Source of the DNA: an uncultured Pseudomonadota bacterium
GTDB taxonomy: Bacteria > Pseudomonadota > Alphaproteobacteria > Rs-D84
Reading direction: 5' to 3'
Length of the DNA stretch: 64,000 bases
Assembly (NCBI GenBank): GCA_949296475.1
Contig: CASFOK010000001.1
Location: forward strand, 20,535 to 84,534
Shown: piece by piece, positions 19,482-29,418 of the stretch
How the letters are laid out: the number at the start of each line of letters is the position of its first letter
How positions within the stretch are numbered: position 1 is the stretch's first letter
Notes under the pieces: model-generated
Seen by the model: only the letters and a program-made list of their open reading frames with translations
Databases searched by the model: none
What the model was told of the DNA's origin: nothing
Position numbers and translations under genes: made by a program

Positions 19482-22400
19482 ATGGCAGTTATCCAAAGAC
19501 GTAGAAAATCTTTTCGTAAAAGTTTTTTGCAAACTCAGCTTCCAGATTTAGTTGAAATTCAATACAATTCTTACAAAGATTTCTTACAGGCAGACGTTGA
19601 ACCACAAAATAGAAAAAACATCGGTTTACAGAATGTTTTTGCTTCTATGTTCCCAATCAAAGATTATGCTGGAATTGCAGAACTGGAATTTTTGGGCTAT
19701 ACGTTGGACAAACCTGTATACAACGTAAAAGAATGCATGTTACGCAATTTGAACTATTCCAGTAAGTTGAAGTTGAAGCTGAGATTGATTTTATGGGATA
19801 TCGCAGAAGACGGTAAAAAAGTTCTGCGTGATATCAAAGAACAAGAAATATTTATGGGCGAAGTGCCTTTGATGACTGAAAGGGGTAGTTTTATTGCTGC
19901 GGGCGTTGAACGCGTTATCGTTTCACAGATGCATCGTGCCCAAGGCGTTGTTTTTGCAACAACAAAAGAAGCAAAAATTGCTGGCAATCCAATAACTTAT
20001 ACTGCGCGCATAATCCCGGAACACGGCAGTTGGATTGACTTTGAAGAATACAAGGGCGTAATATATGTCCGTATAGACAGACGTCGTAAGATACCTGCAA
20101 CGGTATTATTGCGTTGTTTGCCGGCCGCAGAAGACGAAAAGAAATGGTTGGCTGACCCTCGTAAATCAACAATTCGTGGTATGGACGATACAGAGATATT
20201 AAGCGCGTTTTATAAACGCATGCCTTTATCTTTTGATGGTAAATTGTGGGTTGGTGATACATCTGTTTTTGAAGGATTGGATAAATATCGTTTAAATTAT
20301 GATTTAATCAATCCAAAAGATAAAAAAGTTTTGGCGTCCAAGGGTGACCGTATGAACGCTAAGCGTTTATCAAAAGTAATGTCTGCATCAAAGCAGTACG
20401 GCATAACTTCTGAATCATTAATTGGCGAATGTTTATTTGACCCGATTATGAACGGTGATGACGTTATATTCCGTGCTGGAACAGAAATTACAGAAGAAGT
20501 ATTGGCCGATTTAGAAAAAATGGGCGTAAAGAACATTTCTTTAATTTCTATTGATAACACGACTATATCCGCACATATGCGTAACACGTTGATGGCGGAT
20601 ACCACCACAAATCGCGAAGAGGCGTTAATTGAAATTTATAACATCATCAGACCGGGTGAACGTCCAACGTTAGAAGCGGCAATAAACCTGTTTATGCGTC
20701 AGGGTTTTGATGCTGCGTACTATGATTTGTCCGCGGTTGGTCGTTTCAAGATGAACAAGCGTTTAAAAATTGATTCTGGTAAAAAGCCAGAAGACGAACG
20801 TTTGTTGACCAAGTCTGATTTCTTGGCGGTTTTGAAAACTTTAACGAACATTATTGACCATAAAGACACTGTTGATGATATTGATAACTTATCAAATCGT
20901 CGCGTTCGTACAGTGGGCGAATTATTGGAGCAGACTTTCCGCACGGGTATGTTGCGTATTGAACGTTTGGTTCGTGAAAGTTTATCTTCCCCAAACATTG
21001 CGAATATGCAACCACAAGACGTTATCAATGTAAAACCGTTGATGTCTTTGGTATCTGAATTCTTGGGTACATCGCAGTTATCTCAGTTTATGGATGCTTA
21101 TAATCCGTTGGCTGAATTGGAACATAAACGTTTGGTTTCTGCGTTGGGGCCTGGTGGTTTGAATCGTGAACGTGCGGGTATAGACGTTCGTGACGTTCAT
21201 CCAACGCACTATGGCAGACTGTGTCCTATTCATACACCAGAAGGTGCAAATATTGGTTTGATTAACCACTTGGCGACGTATGCGCGTGTAAATCCATATG
21301 GATTTATTGAAACGCCGTATTACGTTGTAGAAAACAGCAAAATTACAGACAAGATGGTATATCTGACCGCAGATGAAGAATTGGGGCACAAGATTGCGCA
21401 AGGAAATACACCTACGACTGCGACGGGCGTGTTGTCAGAAGACATGGTAACGGCGCGCGTTGACGGTGAATTTACAATGGTTCCAAAAGAAGAAATTGAC
21501 TTGATTGACGTTGAACCACGTCAAGTGGTTTCCATTGCTACGGGTTTAATACCGTTCGTTGAAAACGACGACGCGAACCGTGCTTTGATGGGTTCAAACA
21601 TGCAACGTCAGGCGGTTCCTTTGTTGCGCGTTCAGGCACCATTGGTTGGTACTGGTATTGAACGCGAAGTTGCGCGTGATTCTAGAACGGGTAAAGTTGC
21701 CAAACATGGCGGTATCGTAGAATCTGTTGATGCAAATCGTATCGTTGTAAAATGTATGAACAGCCGAAACGTTGTGACGGGTGTTGACATTTACAATCTT
21801 GAGAAATTTGAACGCAGCAACAGTGAAACTTTGATACATCAAAAACCGTTGGTAAAGGTTGGCGACAGGGTTTCTGCCGGTGACATAATTGCGGACGGTT
21901 CTTCTATGAACTATGGTGAATTGGCATTAGGTCGCAACGTGTTGGTTGCATTTGTGCCATGGCGTGGTTATAACTATGAAGATTCCATCGTTATATCGGA
22001 ACGCATTTCCCGTGATGATGTGTTTACATCGGTTAAGATTGTAGAAAAAGAAATCAAGGTTCGTGATACGCAGTTAGGGCCAGAAAGTTTAACGCGTGAT
22101 ATTCCAAATGTTAGCGAAGAAGCGTTAAAGAATTTGGATGAATCTGGTATCATTTATGTTGGCGCGCGCGTAAAACAGGGCGACATTTTAGTTGGGCGCG
22201 TTTCGCCGAAGTCTGAAACTTTATTGACGCCAGAAGAAGCCTTGTTGCGTAACATATTTGGTGAAAAGGCTTTGAATGTAAAAGAGTCATGTTTAAAGGT
22301 CGGACCGAACGAAGAAGGTACTGTTATCGGCGTTAATGTTCTAACTCGTCATGGGGTTAAGAAAGACGAACGTACACAGATGATTGAACTGCAAAAGATT

Positions 22401-23618
22401 GAAAAGATAAACAAGGATAGAGAAGAAGAAACTTCTATCATTGAAAAAGGTTTTGCAGATCAGGTTTTCCAGATTGCAGCGGGTCAGGTTATAGAGGCTG
22501 GCACGGGCAGTTTAAAACCATTCGTCGGCAAAAAACTGACCGAAGAAGTCTTTGAGGGTATCAGACCGTCAGACGTCAAGAAATTGGTTGTAAAGAATAA
22601 AGAAGCACAGGCAAAAATTGATGAGTTACGTGAACGGCACGTTACGACGCTGAAACTGCTGAACGAAAAAGCCGACGCAGAAATTGCCAAGGTTACAGAA
22701 AGCAACTCTTTGGCGGCGGGTGTGTTAAAAGAAGTAAAGGTTTACATCGCGCACAAGATGAAGTTGCAACCTGGTGACAAGATGGCTGGTCGTCACGGTA
22801 ACAAGGGTATTGTTTCCAAGGTTGTACCTATTGAAGACATGCCATACATGGAAGATGGTACGCCTGTTGACATTGTATTGAATCCGCTTGGTGTGCCAAG
22901 TCGTATGAATATCGGTCAGATATTAGAGACTCACCTTGGTATGGCGGCGCGTACGTTGGGTCAGCAGATTGGCGAAGTGCTGGAAGAAGTAAAGCAAAAG
23001 CGTGCTGTAACCGACGATTTGCGTGCGATTATGGGCAAGGTTTATGGTAAAGAAGCGGCCGAAAAATTAGAAAAAATGACGGATACTGATGTTCGTGCAG
23101 AGGCTGCATTGTTAAAAGACGGTGTTCCTATGGCGACGCCTACCTTTGACGGTGCGACCCCAGAAGACATTCGTCGTATGTTAAAGTTAGCAAAATTACC
23201 AGAATCGGGTCAATTTACATTATACGATGGTATGACGGGTGAAAAATTTGCGCGTCCGGTTACTGTCGGCGTGATGTACATGCTGAAACTGCATCACTTT
23301 GTTGATGAAAAGATTCACGCACGTTCAATTGGTAATTATTCTTTGGTAACGCAGCAGCCATTGTCTGGTAAGGCGCACATGGGTGGTCAGCGTCTTGGTG
23401 AAATGGAAGTGTGGGCCTTGGAAGCACACGGGGCGGCACATCTGTTACGCGAAATGTTGACTGTAAAGTCGGATGATATTGCTGGCCGTACGAAGATGTA
23501 CGAGTCTATAATATCTGGTAATAACGACTTCCAGACAGGTACACCAGAAGCCTTTAACGTACTGGTTCGCGAACTACGCGGTTTGGGCTTGGCGATGACG
23601 CCAAAGAAAATAGATTAA
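19482..23618 (+). CDS. rpoB: DNA-directed RNA polymerase subunit beta
   Basis: 1378 aa, canonical. Confidence 0.97.
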   Translation: MAVIQRRRKSFRKSFLQTQLPDLVEIQYNSYKDFLQADVEPQNRKNIGLQNVFASMFPIKDYAGIAELEFLGYTLDKPVYNVKECMLRNLNYSSKLKLKLRLILWDIAEDGKKVLRDIKEQEIFMGEVPLMTERGSFIAAGVERVIVSQMHRAQGVVFATTKEAKIAGNPITYTARIIPEHGSWIDFEEYKGVIYVRIDRRRKIPATVLLRCLPAAEDEKKWLADPRKSTIRGMDDTEILSAFYKRMPLSFDGKLWVGDTSVFEGLDKYRLNYDLINPKDKKVLASKGDRMNAKRLSKVMSASKQYGITSESLIGECLFDPIMNGDDVIFRAGTEITEEVLADLEKMGVKNISLISIDNTTISAHMRNTLMADTTTNREEALIEIYNIIRPGERPTLEAAINLFMRQGFDAAYYDLSAVGRFKMNKRLKIDSGKKPEDERLLTKSDFLAVLKTLTNIIDHKDTVDDIDNLSNRRVRTVGELLEQTFRTGMLRIERLVRESLSSPNIANMQPQDVINVKPLMSLVSEFLGTSQLSQFMDAYNPLAELEHKRLVSALGPGGLNRERAGIDVRDVHPTHYGRLCPIHTPEGANIGLINHLATYARVNPYGFIETPYYVVENSKITDKMVYLTADEELGHKIAQGNTPTTATGVLSEDMVTARVDGEFTMVPKEEIDLIDVEPRQVVSIATGLIPFVENDDANRALMGSNMQRQAVPLLRVQAPLVGTGIEREVARDSRTGKVAKHGGIVESVDANRIVVKCMNSRNVVTGVDIYNLEKFERSNSETLIHQKPLVKVGDRVSAGDIIADGSSMNYGELALGRNVLVAFVPWRGYNYEDSIVISERISRDDVFTSVKIVEKEIKVRDTQLGPESLTRDIPNVSEEALKNLDESGIIYVGARVKQGDILVGRVSPKSETLLTPEEALLRNIFGEKALNVKESCLKVGPNEEGTVIGVNVLTRHGVKKDERTQMIELQKIEKINKDREEETSIIEKGFADQVFQIAAGQVIEAGTGSLKPFVGKKLTEEVFEGIRPSDVKKLVVKNKEAQAKIDELRERHVTTLKLLNEKADAEIAKVTESNSLAAGVLKEVKVYIAHKMKLQPGDKMAGRHGNKGIVSKVVPIEDMPYMEDGTPVDIVLNPLGVPSRMNIGQILETHLGMAARTLGQQIGEVLEEVKQKRAVTDDLRAIMGKVYGKEAAEKLEKMTDTDVRAEAALLKDGVPMATPTFDGATPEDIRRMLKLAKLPESGQFTLYDGMTGEKFARPVTVGVMYMLKLHHFVDEKIHARSIGNYSLVTQQPLSGKAHMGGQRLGEMEVWALEAHGAAHLLREMLTVKSDDIAGRTKMYESIISGNNDFQTGTPEAFNVLVRELRGLGLAMTPKKID

Positions 23619-23696
23619 GTGGCGACGGCTGGCACTGGTGATAAACCAGTGTTGCCGGCCACGCAGTACTTTTAGCTACTGAAAGGAGCAAAATAC

Positions 23697-26600
23697 ATGA
23701 CCAATATGTTGCAGAAGATATTCGGACAAATTGAAACAAAAGAACAGTTTGATGCGTTGCGTATAACGATTGCATCACCAGAAGAAATACTTTCTTGGTC
23801 GCACGGCGAAGTTAAAAAGCCTGAAACGATAAATTATCATTCTTTGAAACCAGAGCCAGAGGGATTGTTCTGCCAACAAATCTTTGGCCCCGTCAAAGAT
23901 TATGAATGTGCGTGCGGTAAGTATAAAAGAATAAAGTTCCGTGGCGTTGTTTGCGAACGTTGCGGCGTAGAGGTTGGACCTTCTTCTGTTCGTCGTGAAC
24001 GTATGGGGCATATAAAGTTAGCAATGCCTGTGGCGCATACATGGTTCTTGCGCGAGGGTAAAATTGCGACTTTGTTAAATAACTTGCCACAGAAAAAGTT
24101 AGAACAAGTTATTTCTTATGATGCTTATATCGTCATAGAACCAGGCTTAACAAACTTGAAGCAATACGACGTAATAAGCGAAGACGAATATCAAAACGCC
24201 GTTGAAGAATTTGGTGCAGATGCGTTTCATGTCGGTATCGGCGCCGAAGGTGTACGTAGTATAATTTCTAATTTGGATATGGGTGATGAACGTACACGTC
24301 TGCGTGCAGAATTGGCGGACACGAAGTCAGAAGCCAAACGCAAGGCTTTGATAAAACAATTAAAACTGGTAGAAGCATTCCTAGATTCTAAGACAGAGCC
24401 TGCGTGGATGTTACCAGATGTTTTGCCTGTTATACCGCCTGATATGCGTCCTTTGGTTACATTAGACGCGGGGCATGTGGCCGCATCTGACTTGAACGAT
24501 TTATATCGTCGCGTGATTATTCGTAACAATCGTTTAAAGAAATTTATTGAAATGCATGCACCGGAAATCATCGTTCGTAATGAAAAGCGCATGCTGCAAG
24601 AAGCGGTAGATTCTTTGTTTGATAACGGTCACAAGGCACGTCCGATGGTTTCACAGAACCGTCGCCCGTTAAAGTCTTTATCTGATTCTCTAAGCGGAAA
24701 ATCAGGTCGTTTCCGTATGAACTTGTTGGGTAAACGTGTTGATTATTCTGGACGTTCTGTAATTGTGTCAGGACCATCATTAAAATTGCATCAGGTTGGT
24801 TTGCCAAAGACTATGGCATTGGAATTGTTTAAACCATTCGTTTATGCAAGACTGTTGGCTGGTGATTATGCTAATACGTTAAAAACCGCACGTAAGATGG
24901 TTGAAAACGGCGAAGACGTCGTATGGGAAATATTGGAAAAAGTTATTCACGAACATCCAGTATTATTAAACCGTGCACCTTCGTTACACAGATTGTCTAT
25001 GTTGGCGTTTGAACCTGTTTTGATTGAAGGTAAGGCAATTCGGTTGCATCCATTGGTTTGCGCGGGTTTTAATGCCGACTTTGACGGTGACCAGATGTCT
25101 GTGCACGTTCCAATTTCATTAGAGGCACAGTTGGAAGCGCGTACATTGATGTTGTCATCAAATAACGTTTTGTCGCCTGCAAACGGTGAACCAATGATTG
25201 TTCCATCACAAGACATGGTTTTGGGTGTTTACTACATCTCGTTAATTGACGGTGAACACACAGAAAAATCACCACGTTTTGCGAATATGGACGAAGTAAA
25301 GCTAGCTTTGGAAAACAAGACAATTACTTTACATACGCCAATTATTGCACGTATTAATGGCAAGATATACAGGACAACTGCCGGTCGTATGATATTGGGT
25401 GAATTGTTACCAAAATCTGAAAATATGCCATTTGATTTGGTGAATAAAGTTATGCCACATGGTGAAATCAAGGCTTTATTGGCGACGACTTATGATCGTT
25501 GTGGTGACAAGGCGATGATTCTGTTGGCGGACGCTTTGAAAGATACTGGTTTTGAACAAGCGGCACGCAGTGGTATTTCTATCGGTTTTGACGATATCGT
25601 GATACCAGAAGAAAAGAAAGAAATGATAGCAGAGGCCGAAAAAGCCGCAGAAGAAATAGAAGAGCAATATCAAAACGGTTTGTTATCTGGCGGTGAAAGA
25701 CACAACAAGTTAATTGACTTGTGGCAGAAAACAACCGATAAGTTGGGTGACTTGGCTTATGCTGCGCTTGGCAAAACAAACGGGGATAATTGGAACTCTA
25801 TTTTGATGATGGCTTTATCTAAGGCGCGTGGTTCCAAACGTCAGATTCAGCAGTTGGCAGGTATGCGCGGTATGATGCAGAAGCCAGACGGTTCTATTAT
25901 TGAAGTTCCTATTATTTCAAACTTTAAAGAAGGTTTGACCATGTCTGAATACTTTACGTCAACTCACGGTGCACGTAAGGGTATGTCGGATACGGCGTTA
26001 AAAACAGCAGAAGCAGGTTATTTGACGCGTCGTATGGTTGAATTGGCGCACAATACGGTCATTACAGAACATGATTGCGGTACTACTGACTTTATAACCG
26101 CCAAACCGGTATATCAAGGCAGTACGTTATCTGTTGCGTTGGGCGATGTTGTGTTGGGACGGACTGCTGCACACGATGTTGTTAATCCTATAACAAAAGA
26201 AGTCATTGTACCTGCGGGTGAATTGATTACGAAAACAGCGGCAAAGAAGATAAATGAATCTGGATTGCCAAGTGTTGACGTTCGCAGTGTGTTAACTTGT
26301 TGCAGTGACGGTTTGTGTGCAAAGTGCTATGGTATGGATTTGTCGCGTAATGCGCTGGTTCATGTTGGTGAAGCAGTTGGTCTGATTGCCAGCCAATCCA
26401 TTGGTGAACCTGGAACGCAGTTGACGTTGCGTACCTTCCACATTGGTGGTGTCGCATCTGGTGGTGCAGATAGTCACTTTATAGAGGTTCCTGTTGCCGG
26501 TACAATCAAGTTATCCGGTGTAAATTCTATTAAGAATTCTGCTGGGCGCGTGGTTGTTTTATCTAGAAACGGTGAATTATCCGTTGTTAACGATAAAAAC

Positions 26601-27806
26601 GAAAAATTGTTTACCAGCAAATTACCTTATGCATCAATGCTGATTGTTAACGATGGCGACAAGGTAGAAAAGGGTGCCAAGGTTGCGGAATGGGATCCTT
26701 ATTCAAATACAATCATTGCTGAAAAGGATGGTATCGTTCAGTTTAATGACTTGATTGAAAACGTTTCCTATCAGGAAGAAGTTGATGCTATGACTGGCAT
26801 TATTTCTCGCAAGGTAATTAACTGGAAGGCAAACACCAAGAAAGCGTTGAATCCGTCTATAAATTTAGTTGACGACAAGGGTAATATAATATCATTAGGT
26901 GGTAAGAAAATTGCCGAATATTTATTACCTATGTATTCAATATTGAACGTGTCAAACGGTGCAACGGTTTCTGCGGGCGACGTTTTGGCAAGAATACCTG
27001 TTCAGTCAAAGCGCACAAGCGATATTACCGGTGGTCTGCCTCGTGTAAACGAATTGTTGGAAGTTCGTCGTCCATCTAATCCTGCGTTGTTGGCGGAAAC
27101 AGACGGTACAATAGAACTAGAAGATGCAAAGTCCAAAATCATCGTTCGTATCGTACCAGAAGACGGCACTGCGCCGGTTGAATACGCTGTACCAAAGGGA
27201 ACTAACTTGCTGGTACGCAGCGGTGACACTGTCAGAAAGGCTGAAAAGTTGGTTGATGGTGACCCTGTGCCACAAGATATATTGCGTATTTTGGGACAAA
27301 AAGCATTGGCCACATTTATGGTAGAACAGATTCAGCAAGTATATCGTCTGCAAGGTGTGGCAATTAACGACAAACATATAGAAATTCTGATAAGAGAAAT
27401 GACGCGTCGCGTGGAAATAACCAATCCAGGTGAAACCGGCTTCTTGATGGGACAAGTCGTTGACCGCGTTGAATTTGAAGAAGAAAATGCACGTACCATA
27501 CGTGACGGCGGTAAACCGGCAGAGGCGTCACAGGTCTTGGTCGGTTTGACGCGTGCGTCATTGACCAGTCGTTCGTTTATATCTAATGCATCGTTCCAAC
27601 AGACTACAAAGGTTTTGGTTGATGCTGCGATTAGTGGGGCGACAGACAAATTGGTCGGTATTAACGAAAACTTGATAGTAGGTCGTTTGATACCAATTGG
27701 TACAGGTGCCTATGTTCGTCGTGTTCGCGAAATCGCCAAAGAAGAAGAAAAGGCTGAAAAGTTGGCACGCGAAGGAAACGCACAACAACAGTTGTTGAAT
27801 ATATAA
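23697..27806 (+). CDS. rpoC: DNA-directed RNA polymerase subunit beta'
   Basis: 1369 aa, with the NADFDGD catalytic motif. Confidence 0.97.
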   Translation: MTNMLQKIFGQIETKEQFDALRITIASPEEILSWSHGEVKKPETINYHSLKPEPEGLFCQQIFGPVKDYECACGKYKRIKFRGVVCERCGVEVGPSSVRRERMGHIKLAMPVAHTWFLREGKIATLLNNLPQKKLEQVISYDAYIVIEPGLTNLKQYDVISEDEYQNAVEEFGADAFHVGIGAEGVRSIISNLDMGDERTRLRAELADTKSEAKRKALIKQLKLVEAFLDSKTEPAWMLPDVLPVIPPDMRPLVTLDAGHVAASDLNDLYRRVIIRNNRLKKFIEMHAPEIIVRNEKRMLQEAVDSLFDNGHKARPMVSQNRRPLKSLSDSLSGKSGRFRMNLLGKRVDYSGRSVIVSGPSLKLHQVGLPKTMALELFKPFVYARLLAGDYANTLKTARKMVENGEDVVWEILEKVIHEHPVLLNRAPSLHRLSMLAFEPVLIEGKAIRLHPLVCAGFNADFDGDQMSVHVPISLEAQLEARTLMLSSNNVLSPANGEPMIVPSQDMVLGVYYISLIDGEHTEKSPRFANMDEVKLALENKTITLHTPIIARINGKIYRTTAGRMILGELLPKSENMPFDLVNKVMPHGEIKALLATTYDRCGDKAMILLADALKDTGFEQAARSGISIGFDDIVIPEEKKEMIAEAEKAAEEIEEQYQNGLLSGGERHNKLIDLWQKTTDKLGDLAYAALGKTNGDNWNSILMMALSKARGSKRQIQQLAGMRGMMQKPDGSIIEVPIISNFKEGLTMSEYFTSTHGARKGMSDTALKTAEAGYLTRRMVELAHNTVITEHDCGTTDFITAKPVYQGSTLSVALGDVVLGRTAAHDVVNPITKEVIVPAGELITKTAAKKINESGLPSVDVRSVLTCCSDGLCAKCYGMDLSRNALVHVGEAVGLIASQSIGEPGTQLTLRTFHIGGVASGGADSHFIEVPVAGTIKLSGVNSIKNSAGRVVVLSRNGELSVVNDKNEKLFTSKLPYASMLIVNDGDKVEKGAKVAEWDPYSNTIIAEKDGIVQFNDLIENVSYQEEVDAMTGIISRKVINWKANTKKALNPSINLVDDKGNIISLGGKKIAEYLLPMYSILNVSNGATVSAGDVLARIPVQSKRTSDITGGLPRVNELLEVRRPSNPALLAETDGTIELEDAKSKIIVRIVPEDGTAPVEYAVPKGTNLLVRSGDTVRKAEKLVDGDPVPQDILRILGQKALATFMVEQIQQVYRLQGVAINDKHIEILIREMTRRVEITNPGETGFLMGQVVDRVEFEEENARTIRDGGKPAEASQVLVGLTRASLTSRSFISNASFQQTTKVLVDAAISGATDKLVGINENLIVGRLIPIGTGAYVRRVREIAKEEEKAEKLAREGNAQQQLLNI

Positions 27807-27820
27807 GCCGATAAAAGCAT

Positions 27821-27843
27821 GCCCGGGGATATGTGCCCCGGGC
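27821..27843 (+). terminator. hairpin after rpoC
   Basis: gcccgggg-atatgt-gccccgggc perfect stem. Weak T-tract. Confidence 0.45.
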
Positions 27844-28026
27844 AAGAAGTTATTGATTGTATTCAAATTCATGACCTTGTTGCTGTGAATGTATGTTATA
27901 AATCATCAGAAATATCAGAAAGCATATGGTTATAAAGACGGGCAAAGACAACGTCTGATTAAAGTTTTTCTTGCAAATGTGCAAGAATTGAATAAAATGT
28001 CAAATTGTAAATAAAAGGATAGTAAA

Positions 28027-28176
28027 ATGGCAACGCCAAAAAGTAAAACAAGTAAAGCACGTACAGCACAGCGTCGTTCACATGATGCTTTGTCTATAAT
28101 GCCATGCGGTGTTTGTAAAACCTGTGGCGAAAAGAAACGTCCACATCATGTATGTCCTGCATGTGGTGCAAAATAA
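28027..28176 (+). CDS. rpmF: 50S ribosomal protein L32 (49 aa). Absent from the ORF track.
   Basis: MATPKSKTSKARTAQRRSHDAL...CPACGAK. Canonical position upstream of plsX. Confidence 0.85.
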   Translation: MATPKSKTSKARTAQRRSHDALSIMPCGVCKTCGEKKRPHHVCPACGAK

Positions 28177-28241
28177 TATTTAACAAAGATACCAAGGCAG
28201 AATAGGGCGCACAAAGTGCCTTTCTGCTTTTTTAATATACT

Positions 28242-29309
28242 ATGTCAACAGAAAAGAAAATTATAGCAATTGATGCAATGGGCGGGGACAAGGGACCCAA
28301 CGCCGTTCTTGGTGGAATTAACCAATTCTTATATCAAAACGGTGAAGATAAGGTGTTTTTTCGTATATTTGGTAACGAAAAACAATTATTGAAATTATTG
28401 GCAAAGTATTCACGTGTTGCCCGTAATTGCGAGATTATTAATGCGCCAGACGTCATCAAAGGAACCGATAAAATACGTGACGTCATTCGTCACGCCCAAG
28501 AGACGTCTATGTATATGGCGATAAAGGACGTTCGTGAAGGTAAATCTGACGCGGTCATTAGTGCCGGAAACACGGGTATTTTAATGTCGTTGTCTAAACT
28601 GGCGTTAAAAACCATTGAAGGAATATCAAGACCTGCCATTACAACGATGTTGCCGTCAGGCGGCGGCGATTCTCGCGTGGTTGTATTAGATCTGGGGGCA
28701 AACGTTCAATGTGACGAAGGGAATTTATTTGATTTTGCTGTTTTGGGCAGTGTGTACGCCGAAGTTATCGGAAAAATGTCACGACCAAAAGTCGGTGTAT
28801 TAAACATCGGCGAAGAAGATACAAAAGGTAACGAGACTTTGCAGAAATTGAACAAATTGTTAACAGCGCATAAAGATGAGTTGCCATATGAATATATCGG
28901 TTTCGTTGAAGGTAATGATATAGGCGGCGGAAACGTACAAGTCGTTGTTACAGACGGGTTTACCGGTAATATAGTATTAAAGACCGTAGAAGGTACCGCA
29001 AAACTAATAAAACGCGTGTTGGTAGATAATTTAAAGAAGTCTATTTTGGCGATTATCGGCGCGTTTTTCTTGGTTCATGTATTTAAAAGGCTGAAACACA
29101 AGATTGATCCGCGTTCTTATGCTGGGGCTACTTTTTTAGGCTTAAAGGGGTTCGCGGTTAAAACGCATGGGAACAGCGATGCGTTGGCTTTTGCGAACTC
29201 TATAAAATATGCTGCCGATTTAACGCATGCAAACTTGAACGATGTTATTAAAGAGCGTGCAGAATCTGTTGCAAAAATTCGGTCGGAAATATTAACGCAA
29301 GAAGAATAA
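28242..29309 (+). CDS. plsX: phosphate acyltransferase PlsX
   Basis: IAIDAMGGDKGP motif and full-length similarity. Confidence 0.9.
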   Translation: MSTEKKIIAIDAMGGDKGPNAVLGGINQFLYQNGEDKVFFRIFGNEKQLLKLLAKYSRVARNCEIINAPDVIKGTDKIRDVIRHAQETSMYMAIKDVREGKSDAVISAGNTGILMSLSKLALKTIEGISRPAITTMLPSGGGDSRVVVLDLGANVQCDEGNLFDFAVLGSVYAEVIGKMSRPKVGVLNIGEEDTKGNETLQKLNKLLTAHKDELPYEYIGFVEGNDIGGGNVQVVVTDGFTGNIVLKTVEGTAKLIKRVLVDNLKKSILAIIGAFFLVHVFKRLKHKIDPRSYAGATFLGLKGFAVKTHGNSDALAFANSIKYAADLTHANLNDVIKERAESVAKIRSEILTQEE

Positions 29310-29314
29310 ATATA

Positions 29315-29337
29315 CAGCCCCGTGCGGGGCTTTTTTC
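29315..29337 (+). terminator. rho-independent terminator after plsX
   Basis: agccccg-tgc-ggggct hairpin followed by T6. Confidence 0.7.
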
Positions 29338-29418
29338 ATTGTTTTTATAGGAATAGATGAATATTGATATTGTTTAAAATTTAAGCGATTTTTGTATTGT
29401 ATATAAAGGTTGTATAAT

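Noticed and set aside
19754-27872. Numerous 60-120-aa ORFs on both strands inside rpoB and rpoC
   Set aside because: Embedded in or antisense to highly conserved RNAP genes. No independent signals.
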